64,000 nucleotides of DNA from Bacteroidales bacterium (GTDB taxonomy: Bacteria; Bacteroidota; Bacteroidia; Bacteroidales; ML635J-15): the NCBI GenBank assembly GCA_017551515.1, contig JAFZLK010000052.1, positions 7,864-71,863 of the forward strand, given 5' to 3'. Made by a program: the position numbers and the translations under genes. Shown one piece after another: positions 27,647 through 38,079 of the stretch (position 1 is its first letter; every line of letters starts with the position of its first letter). The notes under the pieces are model-generated. The model was given only the letters and a program-made list of their open reading frames with translations, searched no databases and was not told where the DNA came from.

Positions 27647-28411
27647 ATGCCAACTCACAAACGACAATTCGGACTTATAGGCGGCTCGCTGGGCCACTCG
27701 CTTTCGCAGAAATATTTCACCAAGAAATTTGCGGAACTTGGACTAACGAACTGCAAGTACACACTTTTCCCCATTTCGGAAGTATCGAAAGTGACGAACA
27801 TTATTTCGGGAAATCCGAATCTGATCGGACTGAATGTAACATCGCCATACAAGGAGACCATAATCCCTTTCCTTGATGAACTTGATCCTACAGTGCTGAA
27901 ACTCGGTACGGTGAATGTTATAAAGATAACCCGCAACGGTGACTACACGACTTTGAAGGGTTACAACACCGACATTTTTGGTCTCCGCAAGACTTTCGAT
28001 ATGCTTGAACTTCCTTCGGGGTGTAAGGCTTTGATTCTCGGTAGTGGAGGTTCTGCAAAAACAGCAAAGTTTGTTCTTACGGAAATGGGTGTAAAGTCAA
28101 CAAATGTGTCGCGACTGCCGTCCACACTCGACGAACTTCCATATAGCAAGCTTACCCCTCGCATAATGAATGACTACAAACTGATAATAAATGCCACACC
28201 AGTCGGAATGTTCCCCAATGTGTCGAATTTCCCAAAGATACCATACGAGGGAATAACTAGCAACCACATTTGTCTGGATTTGGTGTATAATCCTGCAAAG
28301 ACAAAATTCATTGAAAAATGCGAGGCACAGGGAGCAAGAACGGCAAACGGACTGACAATGCTGTACGAGCAAGCAGACAAGGCGTGGGAAATTTGGAACG
28401 AAAATAATTAA
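27647..28411 (+). CDS. aroE: Shikimate 5-dehydrogenase
   Basis: FGLIGGSLGHSLS, GLNVTSPYK, NTD and GSGGSAK landmarks are present. Confidence 0.85.
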   Translation: MPTHKRQFGLIGGSLGHSLSQKYFTKKFAELGLTNCKYTLFPISEVSKVTNIISGNPNLIGLNVTSPYKETIIPFLDELDPTVLKLGTVNVIKITRNGDYTTLKGYNTDIFGLRKTFDMLELPSGCKALILGSGGSAKTAKFVLTEMGVKSTNVSRLPSTLDELPYSKLTPRIMNDYKLIINATPVGMFPNVSNFPKIPYEGITSNHICLDLVYNPAKTKFIEKCEAQGARTANGLTMLYEQADKAWEIWNENN

Positions 28412-28416
28412 GCAAG

Positions 28417-29103
28417 ATGGAAGACGAAAAGAAATACATATTGTTCAGGGTATTCCGCAACGAGGAAGACATGAAATTTTTCACCGATGTGTTTGATGAC
28501 TGCGGAATCGACTATACCATTGAAAATCCACGAGCTGACAGCAACGATGTGTTGTCATCGGCGTATGGGGTGCAGGTTGCCGAAGATGCCATGCAGTACA
28601 AGTTTATGCTTATGGTTGCGGAGGATGATTTCGAGCGCTCACAGACCGAACTTCGCAGTCATATAGCCGAATATTTCGGCAATGCAGGAAGCGAAGAAAA
28701 CACATTGCTCAATGAGTTCAGTGATGATGAACTTTTGGATGTGATAAAGAAACCAGATGAATGGGCTGTCGAAGACATTGTAATGGCTCAAACTCTGCTC
28801 GACAAGCGTGGCAAGCATGTGTCCGATGAGGTGGTGGACGCATATCGCCAGAAACGCCTTGAAGAAGTTCGCAAGCCTAAGTTTGGTGGCTATGGCACAA
28901 TCATTATCGGCTATATCTTTGCATTCCTTGGTGGTATAATCGGCATTTTCCTAGCTGCATCGTTGCTTGGGAAAAAACAATTATTCAATGGAGAGAAAGT
29001 TGTCATGTACGACCGTAAAACTAGAATAAATGCGATTGTATATCTGATAATTTCTATAGTCGTAATAATTGTTGGAACGATATATCTGATAATGAAACTA
29101 TAG
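28417..29103 (+). CDS. Hypothetical protein with an acidic soluble N-terminal half and two C-terminal TM helices
   Basis: The ORF has good coding character and TM segments IIIGYIFAFLGGIIGIFLAA and IVYLIISIVVIIVGTIYLI. No family was recognised. Confidence 0.5.
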   Translation: MEDEKKYILFRVFRNEEDMKFFTDVFDDCGIDYTIENPRADSNDVLSSAYGVQVAEDAMQYKFMLMVAEDDFERSQTELRSHIAEYFGNAGSEENTLLNEFSDDELLDVIKKPDEWAVEDIVMAQTLLDKRGKHVSDEVVDAYRQKRLEEVRKPKFGGYGTIIIGYIFAFLGGIIGIFLAASLLGKKQLFNGEKVVMYDRKTRINAIVYLIISIVVIIVGTIYLIMKL

Positions 29104-30816
29104 TTACTCCTTGTTTTCCCAAGTAACTTCGTGTTCCCAGCTGCTGCGGATTTCGTATTGCTGTGGATAATAGAATACTTTTTCGGGCTGTAGGTGAATG
29201 CTGTAATCTCCTGTGTCCCAACGACCATTTTGGTTTTCGTCCTCAACTACCCTAATGTCATATTTGCCCGGAGTAAGATACACAAACGAAGCTTCTTTTC
29301 CGCTAACTGATGCATGTGCCATTACCTTATCGCCTTGAATTAGTTCTACAAAATATGGTCTATCGTCTTGAAATATAACTTTTAGTGCACCAAAATCAGT
29401 TTCGCGCATAGGCACAATATCAACACTGTCGGCTTTGTTGGCATATCCGTATATGCAAGTTGCAAAAGCCGAATCGACAGCAATCCTGTACTTTCGTCCC
29501 TCAGCAATTTCGGCGACAACCCTTAAGCGCAAGGGATTGAGCGAATCCTTTTCCACGCGAGAATCCATCTTTTCAAACAAAGTGTCAACAGCACCGAAAA
29601 GTGTCAGCTTGCTGGTATCAAATGTTTCAATGGGTTGCGAAAACAAAATACTGTAGTCGGCATCGGGACGCTTTTCCTTTGAAAGTTTCATGGTAAGCAG
29701 AGTGTCGGGGAACAGTTTATCCTGCTTGCGGAACTTTAACGTATCGTAATGTATCGAATCTGGGAAAGCGGGATCAATGTATTCGGCAAAAATTTTCAGC
29801 GTATCGGAAGCAATCAGTGATGTATCTTTCAGCCAAATTCTTACCGTATCTGGATTGTCGGTTGCCCATACAAAAGCGGCACTATCACCGGGAACTGCAA
29901 AGTTGTATTTTTCGTATTGTGTGAAATTGAAAACCAACTCGAAGTAGTTGCGTTTCACTCGCTTGGATGACTTGAAAAACTGCGGAGTCTTGTTTTCCTT
30001 GAATAGCAAGAGTTTTATGTCATCGGGCGTATAGTTGTACTTTGTGACAATGGAATCCAGTTTTAATGAATCTTTCGTCTTCACAGTATCGTATGATACT
30101 TCAACTTTAGGACGGAAAACCGTGTCGATGAATGCAATACCTTCTTCAGGCAGGTTGAACATGAAATCGGAATTGTTGTCGCGCAAGGCAAAGACTTTGT
30201 AGTCGTTTTCGGCAACGAAGTTAATATAGAAGTTGCCTTTTTTATCAACCTTTGTAATGTAGTCGGGGATTTTGGTCGCTACTGCTGTGTCTGAGAAATC
30301 TTTATAAAGCATAACCCACGCATCGTCAACAGGTTTGCGCGTATAAGAATCGAAGACCGTGCCAGCAAAACGCATAGAGTCTATTTCGGGACCAGTGGAA
30401 AATGCATACACGAAACTATTCAGGGCATTATTTTCGTTGATGTCGGCAATTGCATCGTTGAAGTTGAGACAATAAGTTGTATTGGGCTTCAGTTGTGTGG
30501 TATTCAGCTTGATTTTCAGATTCTTGCCACTTACTACCGCTACGGGTTTGTCTTCCATTGGTGGCGACACAATCAGTTTGGATGAGACATCGTTCAGTTT
30601 GATATACTCGTTGAATTTCACAACTATGTACTTCGACTTGTGCTTCGATGAGAAATTTGTGGATCCATTTTCGGGAGAACTTACCTTTGCCTCGGGGGGT
30701 GTTACATCCTTGGTTCCGCCAGTTAGCGCAACCTGCTTGGCGCATGCAAGCACAAGAATACCTGCAAGCACAGCAACCAATATGCTGAAAATCCGTCCCT
30801 TCATCAGACTAAACAA
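29104..30816 (-). CDS. Ig-like (SbsA/Big_5-like) domain lipoprotein, function unknown
   Basis: It has a lipobox-like signal (GILVLAC). An N-terminal DVTPPEAKVSSPENGSTNF..IVVKFNEYI module is typical of Ig-like domain lipoproteins. Confidence 0.55.
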   Translation of the reverse strand: MFSLMKGRIFSILVAVLAGILVLACAKQVALTGGTKDVTPPEAKVSSPENGSTNFSSKHKSKYIVVKFNEYIKLNDVSSKLIVSPPMEDKPVAVVSGKNLKIKLNTTQLKPNTTYCLNFNDAIADINENNALNSFVYAFSTGPEIDSMRFAGTVFDSYTRKPVDDAWVMLYKDFSDTAVATKIPDYITKVDKKGNFYINFVAENDYKVFALRDNNSDFMFNLPEEGIAFIDTVFRPKVEVSYDTVKTKDSLKLDSIVTKYNYTPDDIKLLLFKENKTPQFFKSSKRVKRNYFELVFNFTQYEKYNFAVPGDSAAFVWATDNPDTVRIWLKDTSLIASDTLKIFAEYIDPAFPDSIHYDTLKFRKQDKLFPDTLLTMKLSKEKRPDADYSILFSQPIETFDTSKLTLFGAVDTLFEKMDSRVEKDSLNPLRLRVVAEIAEGRKYRIAVDSAFATCIYGYANKADSVDIVPMRETDFGALKVIFQDDRPYFVELIQGDKVMAHASVSGKEASFVYLTPGKYDIRVVEDENQNGRWDTGDYSIHLQPEKVFYYPQQYEIRSSWEHEVTWENKE

Positions 30817-30870
30817 ATATTAGGAAACATGTATAAACACATTTCCCAATTTATTGGCAGACGATAGCTT

Positions 30871-31125
30871 TTACTTTACTTCTGCTACGGTGAACTCGTA
30901 CGATTCGATTATCGGGTTTACGAGAACCTTGCTGCAGAATTCATCTATCTTCTTGCTTGCCTCTGCTTCGGATGCTGCTTCTATTTCAACATCTATGTGC
31001 TTGCCAATGCGGACATTGCGAAGAGTTTCGAATCCAGTCTTAACTGCGCTGTTCAATACAGCCTTTCCCTGTGGGTCCAACAATGCCTTAAGCGGCATAA
31101 CATTGATTTGAGCGTAAAATTTCAT
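30871..31125 (-). CDS. purS: Phosphoribosylformylglycinamidine synthase subunit PurS
   Basis: 84 aa. The sequence V.PLKALLDPQGKAV...G....VR.GK is typical of PurS. Confidence 0.85.
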   Translation of the reverse strand: MKFYAQINVMPLKALLDPQGKAVLNSAVKTGFETLRNVRIGKHIDVEIEAASEAEASKKIDEFCSKVLVNPIIESYEFTVAEVK

Positions 31126-31137
31126 TGTTATATTTTT

Positions 31138-31869
31138 TTAGTTTCTTGTTGAGACGCAAGGCCTTGCGTCTTTACTATTTATTATATTTCTGATTATCGA
31201 TAATATTACGTAAAAAATAATCGTGAATGCCAATCCGAGAACACCGAACAAGCATACAAAGGCAATCAGCGATGCGACAAGTATCAATTGCCAGATTATT
31301 GCCTTAATTTTGAACGATTTGATTTTCAGCGAGAGCAACCGAAGGTTCACGACCATCATTATGCAAACAAAAGCTACGATAGCGATAACGGCAGCTTGTG
31401 ATGTAAGTGCTTGTGCCAAAGTTGATTCGCTAGTTTTGCAATAGTAGCAAACCGAAATTACAAATAATGCCGATGCAGGAGTTGGCAGTCCTTTGAATTC
31501 GGTTGTCTGTTCGGGGTCGATGTTGAATTTTGCAAGTCTAAGACCAGAAAAAACGGCAATCAGCAAGACGAAAAGTGCAACATAGTGCGAAAAAAGTCCG
31601 TTTGTCACGGCAAATTCGTACATTATGACTGATGGTGCAACGCCAAAACTTATTAGGTCAGAAAGCGAGTCCATCTGCTTGCCGAATTCCGATACGGAGT
31701 GTAGCAATCTTGCCACAAAACCATCGCAGAAATCGAATACGGCAGCCATTAGTATAAGCACCACGGCAAGCTTTGTCTCGCCTTGCAGGGCAAGCACCGA
31801 TGCGCACACTCCGCAGACCATGTTCATCGAAGTTACAAACGATGGAATTGCCGCTTTTATCTTTTTCAT
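31138..31869 (-). CDS. pssA: CDP-diacylglycerol-serine O-phosphatidyltransferase
   Basis: It has the CDP-alcohol phosphatidyltransferase motif DFCDGFVARL...G...DSLSDLISFG and is multi-TM. Confidence 0.85.
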   Translation of the reverse strand: MKKIKAAIPSFVTSMNMVCGVCASVLALQGETKLAVVLILMAAVFDFCDGFVARLLHSVSEFGKQMDSLSDLISFGVAPSVIMYEFAVTNGLFSHYVALFVLLIAVFSGLRLAKFNIDPEQTTEFKGLPTPASALFVISVCYYCKTSESTLAQALTSQAAVIAIVAFVCIMMVVNLRLLSLKIKSFKIKAIIWQLILVASLIAFVCLFGVLGLAFTIIFYVILSIIRNIINSKDARPCVSTRN

Positions 31870-31938
31870 ACCTTTTTTTTAAAATAAATAATAAGTTGTC
31901 GTTTAAATTCGTTTTCTTTGCATCGTAAAAATTGACTG

Positions 31939-33039
31939 ATGAAAACGACTGCAAAATTAGCATTATTTGTGTTATTGGCAACCGCTGTAAATTTTTTAAA
32001 TGCACAGGGTGTGTCGAAATACAGCAACGAGTTCCTGTCGATAGGCGTTGGCGCAAGGGCTTTGGGCATGGGAACGTCGGTGATTTCCTCCACCAACGAC
32101 ATTTCTGCAACATATTGGAACCCAGCCTCGCTTATAAACCTTGACAAGCAAATAGAAATAGGTGCAATGCACTCCGAATATTTTGCCGGCATTTCAAAAT
32201 ACGACTATGTAGGTGCTGGTTATAAGATTGACGACAAATCGGCTGTGGGACTTTCGATGGTGCGCTTCGGAGTAGATGATATTCCCAACACACTGAACCT
32301 TATAGATGCCAACGGAAACATAAACTACGACAACATTACCTCTTTTTCTATAGCCGACTATGCATTCATGGCTTCCTATTCGCGTAAACTTCCCGTTGAG
32401 GGACTTAGCGTTGGTGGAAATGTGAAGATTATCTACCGCAATGTTGGCGAGTTTGCACATGCTGTCGGCTTCGGACTTGATTTCGCTGCAAAATACGACT
32501 ACAAGGCATGGCGTTTCGGTGCAGTTCTTCGTGATGGAATTGGAACTTTCAACGCATGGAACTACAACCGCGAGTTACTCGAAGAAGTTTTCACCGAAAC
32601 TGGCAACGAAATTCCTGTTAATGGCGTTGAAGTTACCGTTCCTCGCCTAATGCTTGGCGCTGGTTATTTGTTTACGATAAAGGAAAAGTTCACTATTTAT
32701 CCCGAAATCGACCTTGCAATGACTTTCGATGGCAAGCGTAGCACTCTAATCCGTAGCAAGGCATTGAGCATTGACCCGACTTTCGGACTTGAACTCGGGT
32801 ATGGCGACTTGGTTTTCCTGCGTTGCGGATTCAACAATTTCCAGACGGTTCCGGACTTTGATGGCAAGAAAACTTTTTCGTGGCAACCTAACCTCGGCAT
32901 CGGCGTAAAATTCTACGGAGTACGAATAGACTATGCTTTCACCGATGTCGGAAACCAGAGCATTGCTTTGTATTCGCATGTTTTTTCGCTTAGCTATTGC
33001 TTCAACATAAAGAAAAAGGAATCGCACTCCAGATTGTAA
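31939..33039 (+). CDS. PorV/PorQ-family outer-membrane beta-barrel protein
   Basis: It has a signal peptide (LLATAVNFLNAQ) and a strong family motif, SNEFLSIGVGARALGMGTSVISSTNDISATYWNPASL. Its stop lies 3 nt before the ATG of the C25 gene. Confidence 0.7.
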   Translation: MKTTAKLALFVLLATAVNFLNAQGVSKYSNEFLSIGVGARALGMGTSVISSTNDISATYWNPASLINLDKQIEIGAMHSEYFAGISKYDYVGAGYKIDDKSAVGLSMVRFGVDDIPNTLNLIDANGNINYDNITSFSIADYAFMASYSRKLPVEGLSVGGNVKIIYRNVGEFAHAVGFGLDFAAKYDYKAWRFGAVLRDGIGTFNAWNYNRELLEEVFTETGNEIPVNGVEVTVPRLMLGAGYLFTIKEKFTIYPEIDLAMTFDGKRSTLIRSKALSIDPTFGLELGYGDLVFLRCGFNNFQTVPDFDGKKTFSWQPNLGIGVKFYGVRIDYAFTDVGNQSIALYSHVFSLSYCFNIKKKESHSRL

Positions 33040-33042
33040 ACC

Positions 33043-36000
33043 ATGAGCTGCTTCAAAATCAGATACCTATTGCTTTTTTTCATCGCAATAATTTTGTCGA
33101 TGAGGCTTGGTGCGCAGGAAAATTCATGGATAAATTATGACCAGCAATATTTTAAGATTCAAGTAGTTAAAACTGGAATGTACAGGGTTTATGCTTCGGA
33201 ACTTGTTTCGTCCGATGTGCCGATTAACCTGATAAATGCCAATCATATACAATTATTCCACAATGGCGAGGAGCAATACATTTATGTGTCGGGAACAAAC
33301 AGCGACGGAACGCTTGCTAACAATGGATATATTGAGTTTTACGGAGAAAAGAACAACGGTCACGATGAATACGACTTCTATAATTCGCGCGAGAGCATGA
33401 TAAATCCGGAAGTCAGCTTGTACAACGACACTGCTGCATACTTTCTTACATGGAATTTTCATACAGGCAATCGCCGAATGGTAGAATCGGGTGATACAGA
33501 TTTTGATACTCATTATCCAAATAGGCAGGATTACTGCATAAGGCACAAACGGGCGAACTATACAGGAAAGTACTACGCTGGCGACACACGAAGCTTGTTT
33601 ACTCAGTCGGAAGGCTGGCTGGATGCAACTACAATAACCGCTGGCGGAATCAGCAAAACAGTCGCAACGGCTGGAGTTTTCTCTAATGGTCCAGATACCG
33701 AGATAGAAATCGCTGTGGGCGGAATCAATGCAAGCAACTCGTCGTATTACAATGCCCTGCACCAATTGACTGTGACAATGCAAAGCACTACTTGGGTAGA
33801 TACGACTTTCAACGGATACGGTTTTGTACGATCAAGATTCTTGGTGCCAAGTTCGGTTATGCCAGCATCTTCAGTACTGACGTTCAAGTCAAGTGCCAGC
33901 GAAACCGACAAAACCGTCGTTTCATACATTGACATCAAGTATCCTCATAACTGGAATTTCGAGGGCGCAACAGCATTTGGATTTAACCTTCCTGTCAATA
34001 GTTCCGATAGTAAGGATTTCTTGGAAATCAGTAACTTTTCATCTGGAAGCGGAACTTTTTTGTACGACCTTACCAACCATGAGCGCATAACTCCAACAAT
34101 TGGCAACACGATAAAAGCCCTTGTCGGAAATACCGCAGGCGAAAGGCAGATGATTCTTGTTGGTTCCGATGGTTATCAGTCGGTGGCAGGGATAAAGAAG
34201 GTGTCTGCCGACAACAAGTTTATTGATTATATTTCGCAAAAGCCCAATGCCGACTATATAATTGTCACCAATAGCAAATACCTTTCTGTTTGCAACGAAT
34301 ATGCATCATACAGGAACATGACTGGTTATAAGGCGTTGGTAGTGGATGTCGTCCAGCTTTACGATCAGTATGCGTACGGAGTGAACAGGAATCAGGCTGC
34401 AATTAGGCGATTCTGCAAGGCAATGTATGAGTCGTCTCCTTCGGAAAAGTACTTGTTCCTTGTAGGTAGGTCGCTAGAGGCTAGCCAGTACAAGGCAAAT
34501 GCTTCGAATGCCACTTATACGACTGTCCCATCGGCAGGACAACCTGCTAGTGACCAACTATTTACTGTGGGGTTGTGCGGAACAACAGTCGAGCCTTTGT
34601 ATTCTACAGGAAGGTTGGCGGTGACATCGGCAACGCAAGTTTCAACCTACTTGAATAAGGTGAGAACCTACGAATCGGCTTTGCCTGAACTTTGGAACAA
34701 GGAAGTGATGCATTTCGGTGGAGGAAACAACATTTCGGAACAAAGTCGAATCGAAAATTACCTCAATTCGTACAGGGAAATTATTGAGGACACTCTTTTC
34801 GGAGGCCATGTTCATACCTTTCTGAAAAATTCATCTGCTGCCGTGACAACCACAAACAGCGATTCAATCGACAATCTTATAAATAGCGGAATTTCGATGA
34901 TGCTGTTTTTCGGACATGGTTCGTCAACAACTTTCGACCACGAAATAAAGGCCCCTGAGTTTTATACCAACGATGGCAAATTTCCGTTTATGATTGGAAA
35001 TTCATGTTATGTCGGAGCTATACATTCCACAACCAACACTCTGAGTGACATTTGGATTAGGTCGCAGAAAGGTGCAATTGGATTCATGTCGTCGATGGAT
35101 CAGGGAAATACGAGTTACCTGAACACATACACGCTCGAATTGTACAAGAACTTTTCGTATAGCAATTACAGTCGTCCTATTGGAATGCAGATTAAGAACA
35201 CTCTCAAGAATGTGCTTACCGACAGTTGGAGTATTAGCACCGATATTACAAGTTATCAGATAACTTTGCAAGGCGATCCTGCAATAGTAATCGGTCCGAA
35301 AGAAAAGCCAGACCTGATGATTGACAATTCATCACTAAGCCTTTCGCCACAGGAAATTACAACAGTACTTGATAGTTTTGATGTTAATGTTGATATAAGG
35401 AATCTCGGGCGGGCTGTTTCGGATAATTTTCACTTGTATGTTGAGCGTACTCTTCCCGATGGCAACGAAACTCACTACGAAGCCATAGTAGACGGATGTT
35501 TTTATCGTAAGTCCGTAAGCGTAAGAATTCCTACTAATATCATTGACGGAACGGGAATGAATAGTGTCCGCGTTTTTGTTGACGGCATGAATGAAGTCGA
35601 TGAGATTTCGGAAACGAACAATTACGCGACGATTGACTTTATGATAAGGTCAAGCGATGTATTTCCAATATATCCGTACGAATATGCTATTTATCCTTAC
35701 GATACAGTATCGCTTGTGGCATCAACCGGTGACCCTTTCCTCGGCACTGTTAACTATAGTTTCCAGATTGATACTACCGATAGGTTCAACAGTCCGCTGA
35801 TGCGAGAAACTACAGTCAGTAGCGAAGGGGGAATCGTTAGATGGAAAGTTCCGTTTGTACTGACGGAAAATACTGTCTATTATTGGCGAGTATCGGCGGC
35901 GTCCAATGAAGGTCAGTATTCGTGGAAAGAATCATCGTTCATATACATCGATGGTGAGGAAGGCTGGTCGCAGGCGCACTACTATCAGTTCAAGAAGGAC

Positions 36001-37986
36001 AAATTCAATTTTATCGAATACAACAGAAACACACAGGTTTTCACTTATTCCCAGGGGCAAAGACAACTTAATTGTCACAATCGCGCTAATGTAGGCACCA
36101 GTACATTCAATGTAGTGCGGTGGACCATCGATAATACCACAGGTCAGCAGTCGGGGGGCTACGGAAACTGCAACACAGGTTCGGCAATGGCAGTCGCCGT
36201 AATTGACCCAATGACATTGCTTGCATGGCAGTCGAATAAACATAATTACGGACATAGGAACTATCCTAAATGTTTTTCTTCATCTGTCCCTCAGCCGTAT
36301 TTTACATTCGACATAACAGCAACTGCTTTGAACGGGATGGTAAATCTTCTGAATGATGTTCCCAACGGATATTACATACTTATATACTCTTGGCGAACAG
36401 TTGCATTCTCATCGTTACCGGAAGCTTTGAAGCAAACAATGGAAAGTCTTGGTTCCGTGCAGATACGAACAGTTCCCAACAACAAGGCATACATTTTCTG
36501 CACATGCAAAGGCGATCCATCAATACACAGGGAAATTTTTGGCGATGATATTGATATGGATCCGCTAAACCTTGTCTCAGACTTTACATATGGCTACATG
36601 ACAAGTACGGTAGTCGGTCCGTCCAAGCAATGGCGGTCGCTACAATGGCAGCACGAGAGCGAAGATGGTGACGAATTGAAACTTGAGGTATATGGCATTC
36701 GTCCGTCTGGCGAGGAGGAACTTGTAATCGACAGCATTGGGGCAGACTTTCCCTTGCTTTCTGCACTTGGAAATCTCATAGACTATCGCACATATCCGAA
36801 CTTGCGGTTGAACCTCTTCACTCGCGATACGGTAAACCGAACTCCGCCTCAGCTGAAGAAATGGCAACTTAGATTCGATGGTGTTCCCGAAACAGCCATA
36901 GACCCCAAACTCGGATATTTCTTCCATTCGGATACAATCGAGCGTGGCGACGAACTTGTCTTTGCTATTTCAACGCACAATGTAAGCAATAGCGACATGG
37001 ACAGTCTGGTGGTAAAATACTGGATTCGCGACAGCCACAACAACGAAACTCCAATTGGCATACGCACTTTGCGTCCGCATCCTGCACACGACATCCTAAG
37101 CGATACTATACGCTATTCAACGCTCGGACTTTCGGGTCTTAATAGCATCTGGGTGGAATTCAATCCTATAAACGAAGCAACAGGAACTTATTATCAGCCA
37201 GAGCAATACCATTACAACAACATAGCATCAAAGTATTTCTACATAACCAACGATAAAACCAATCCTTTGCTCGAAGTAAGTTTCGATGGAAAATTCATCA
37301 TGAATGGTGAAATCGTTTCAGCAAAGCCAGAGATTCTGATAACATTGAAGGATGAAAACAAATATCTTGCACTAAACGACACCTCTTTGTTCGAGATGCA
37401 TCTTACAAATCTTACTACAGGACAAGCAAAGAGAATAAGTTTTGGTATTCAGGAAAATCCTTTGGAAACAGTGGAGTGGGTTCCAGCCGAGTTGCCCGAC
37501 AACAGCTGCAAGATAATATATCGTCCTATATTCACCGAGGATGGTACATATAGGCTTCAGGTGCAGGCGAAGGATGCAACTGGAAACTTGTCGGGAGATA
37601 ATTCGTATATTATTGATTTCTGCATTATTACAAAATCGACGATTACAAATCTGATTAACTATCCGAATCCTTTCAGTTCGCAGACAAGGTTCGTATTTGA
37701 ACTTACTGGCAGTGAAATTCCCGATGAACTCGAAATAGAAATCTTTACGATTACGGGCAAGATTGTCAAGCGCATATATATGGAAGAACTAGGTCCTATT
37801 ACTATTGGTCGCAATATTACTGAATATGCTTGGGATGGTTGCGATACATACGGAGACAGGCTGGCAAATGGGGTTTACTTCTATACCGTTAAGGCGAAGA
37901 TAAACGGAGAGGAAATCGAGAAGCGCGATGTCGGTACCGACAAGTATTTCAAGCGCGAAGTCGGAAAGATGTATTTATTAAGGTAG
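33043..37986 (+). CDS. 1,647-aa peptidase C25 family protein, PorU-like (putative T9SS sortase paralogue)
   Basis: It has a signal peptide and a gingipain-like His/Cys dyad spacing: FFGHGSS (His codon 34915-34917) ...FPFMIGNSC (Cys codon 35005-35007). A CARDB-like module is present (PDLMID..NLGRA..ETNNYATIDF). The C-terminus LINYPNPFSSQTRFVFEL..ITGKIVKRI..WDG..NGVYFYTVKA fits a T9SS/FlgD-Ig-like CTD. Confidence 0.75.
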   Translation: MSCFKIRYLLLFFIAIILSMRLGAQENSWINYDQQYFKIQVVKTGMYRVYASELVSSDVPINLINANHIQLFHNGEEQYIYVSGTNSDGTLANNGYIEFYGEKNNGHDEYDFYNSRESMINPEVSLYNDTAAYFLTWNFHTGNRRMVESGDTDFDTHYPNRQDYCIRHKRANYTGKYYAGDTRSLFTQSEGWLDATTITAGGISKTVATAGVFSNGPDTEIEIAVGGINASNSSYYNALHQLTVTMQSTTWVDTTFNGYGFVRSRFLVPSSVMPASSVLTFKSSASETDKTVVSYIDIKYPHNWNFEGATAFGFNLPVNSSDSKDFLEISNFSSGSGTFLYDLTNHERITPTIGNTIKALVGNTAGERQMILVGSDGYQSVAGIKKVSADNKFIDYISQKPNADYIIVTNSKYLSVCNEYASYRNMTGYKALVVDVVQLYDQYAYGVNRNQAAIRRFCKAMYESSPSEKYLFLVGRSLEASQYKANASNATYTTVPSAGQPASDQLFTVGLCGTTVEPLYSTGRLAVTSATQVSTYLNKVRTYESALPELWNKEVMHFGGGNNISEQSRIENYLNSYREIIEDTLFGGHVHTFLKNSSAAVTTTNSDSIDNLINSGISMMLFFGHGSSTTFDHEIKAPEFYTNDGKFPFMIGNSCYVGAIHSTTNTLSDIWIRSQKGAIGFMSSMDQGNTSYLNTYTLELYKNFSYSNYSRPIGMQIKNTLKNVLTDSWSISTDITSYQITLQGDPAIVIGPKEKPDLMIDNSSLSLSPQEITTVLDSFDVNVDIRNLGRAVSDNFHLYVERTLPDGNETHYEAIVDGCFYRKSVSVRIPTNIIDGTGMNSVRVFVDGMNEVDEISETNNYATIDFMIRSSDVFPIYPYEYAIYPYDTVSLVASTGDPFLGTVNYSFQIDTTDRFNSPLMRETTVSSEGGIVRWKVPFVLTENTVYYWRVSAASNEGQYSWKESSFIYIDGEEGWSQAHYYQFKKDKFNFIEYNRNTQVFTYSQGQRQLNCHNRANVGTSTFNVVRWTIDNTTGQQSGGYGNCNTGSAMAVAVIDPMTLLAWQSNKHNYGHRNYPKCFSSSVPQPYFTFDITATALNGMVNLLNDVPNGYYILIYSWRTVAFSSLPEALKQTMESLGSVQIRTVPNNKAYIFCTCKGDPSIHREIFGDDIDMDPLNLVSDFTYGYMTSTVVGPSKQWRSLQWQHESEDGDELKLEVYGIRPSGEEELVIDSIGADFPLLSALGNLIDYRTYPNLRLNLFTRDTVNRTPPQLKKWQLRFDGVPETAIDPKLGYFFHSDTIERGDELVFAISTHNVSNSDMDSLVVKYWIRDSHNNETPIGIRTLRPHPAHDILSDTIRYSTLGLSGLNSIWVEFNPINEATGTYYQPEQYHYNNIASKYFYITNDKTNPLLEVSFDGKFIMNGEIVSAKPEILITLKDENKYLALNDTSLFEMHLTNLTTGQAKRISFGIQENPLETVEWVPAELPDNSCKIIYRPIFTEDGTYRLQVQAKDATGNLSGDNSYIIDFCIITKSTITNLINYPNPFSSQTRFVFELTGSEIPDELEIEIFTITGKIVKRIYMEELGPITIGRNITEYAWDGCDTYGDRLANGVYFYTVKAKINGEEIEKRDVGTDKYFKREVGKMYLLR

Positions 37987-38079
37987 AAAAAGGTAATGGG
38001 CTTATTGTCTAAAAGTCGAATTCCATGCTTTAGCTGAGAATCAATAAATTAGGGAATGGTGGAACCTTCCCCTAATTAT

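Noticed and set aside
29101-29106. Convergent genes whose stop codons abut with zero spacer (TAG|TTA)
   Set aside because: The arrangement is real but unremarkable. No structure or signal beyond tight packing could be identified.
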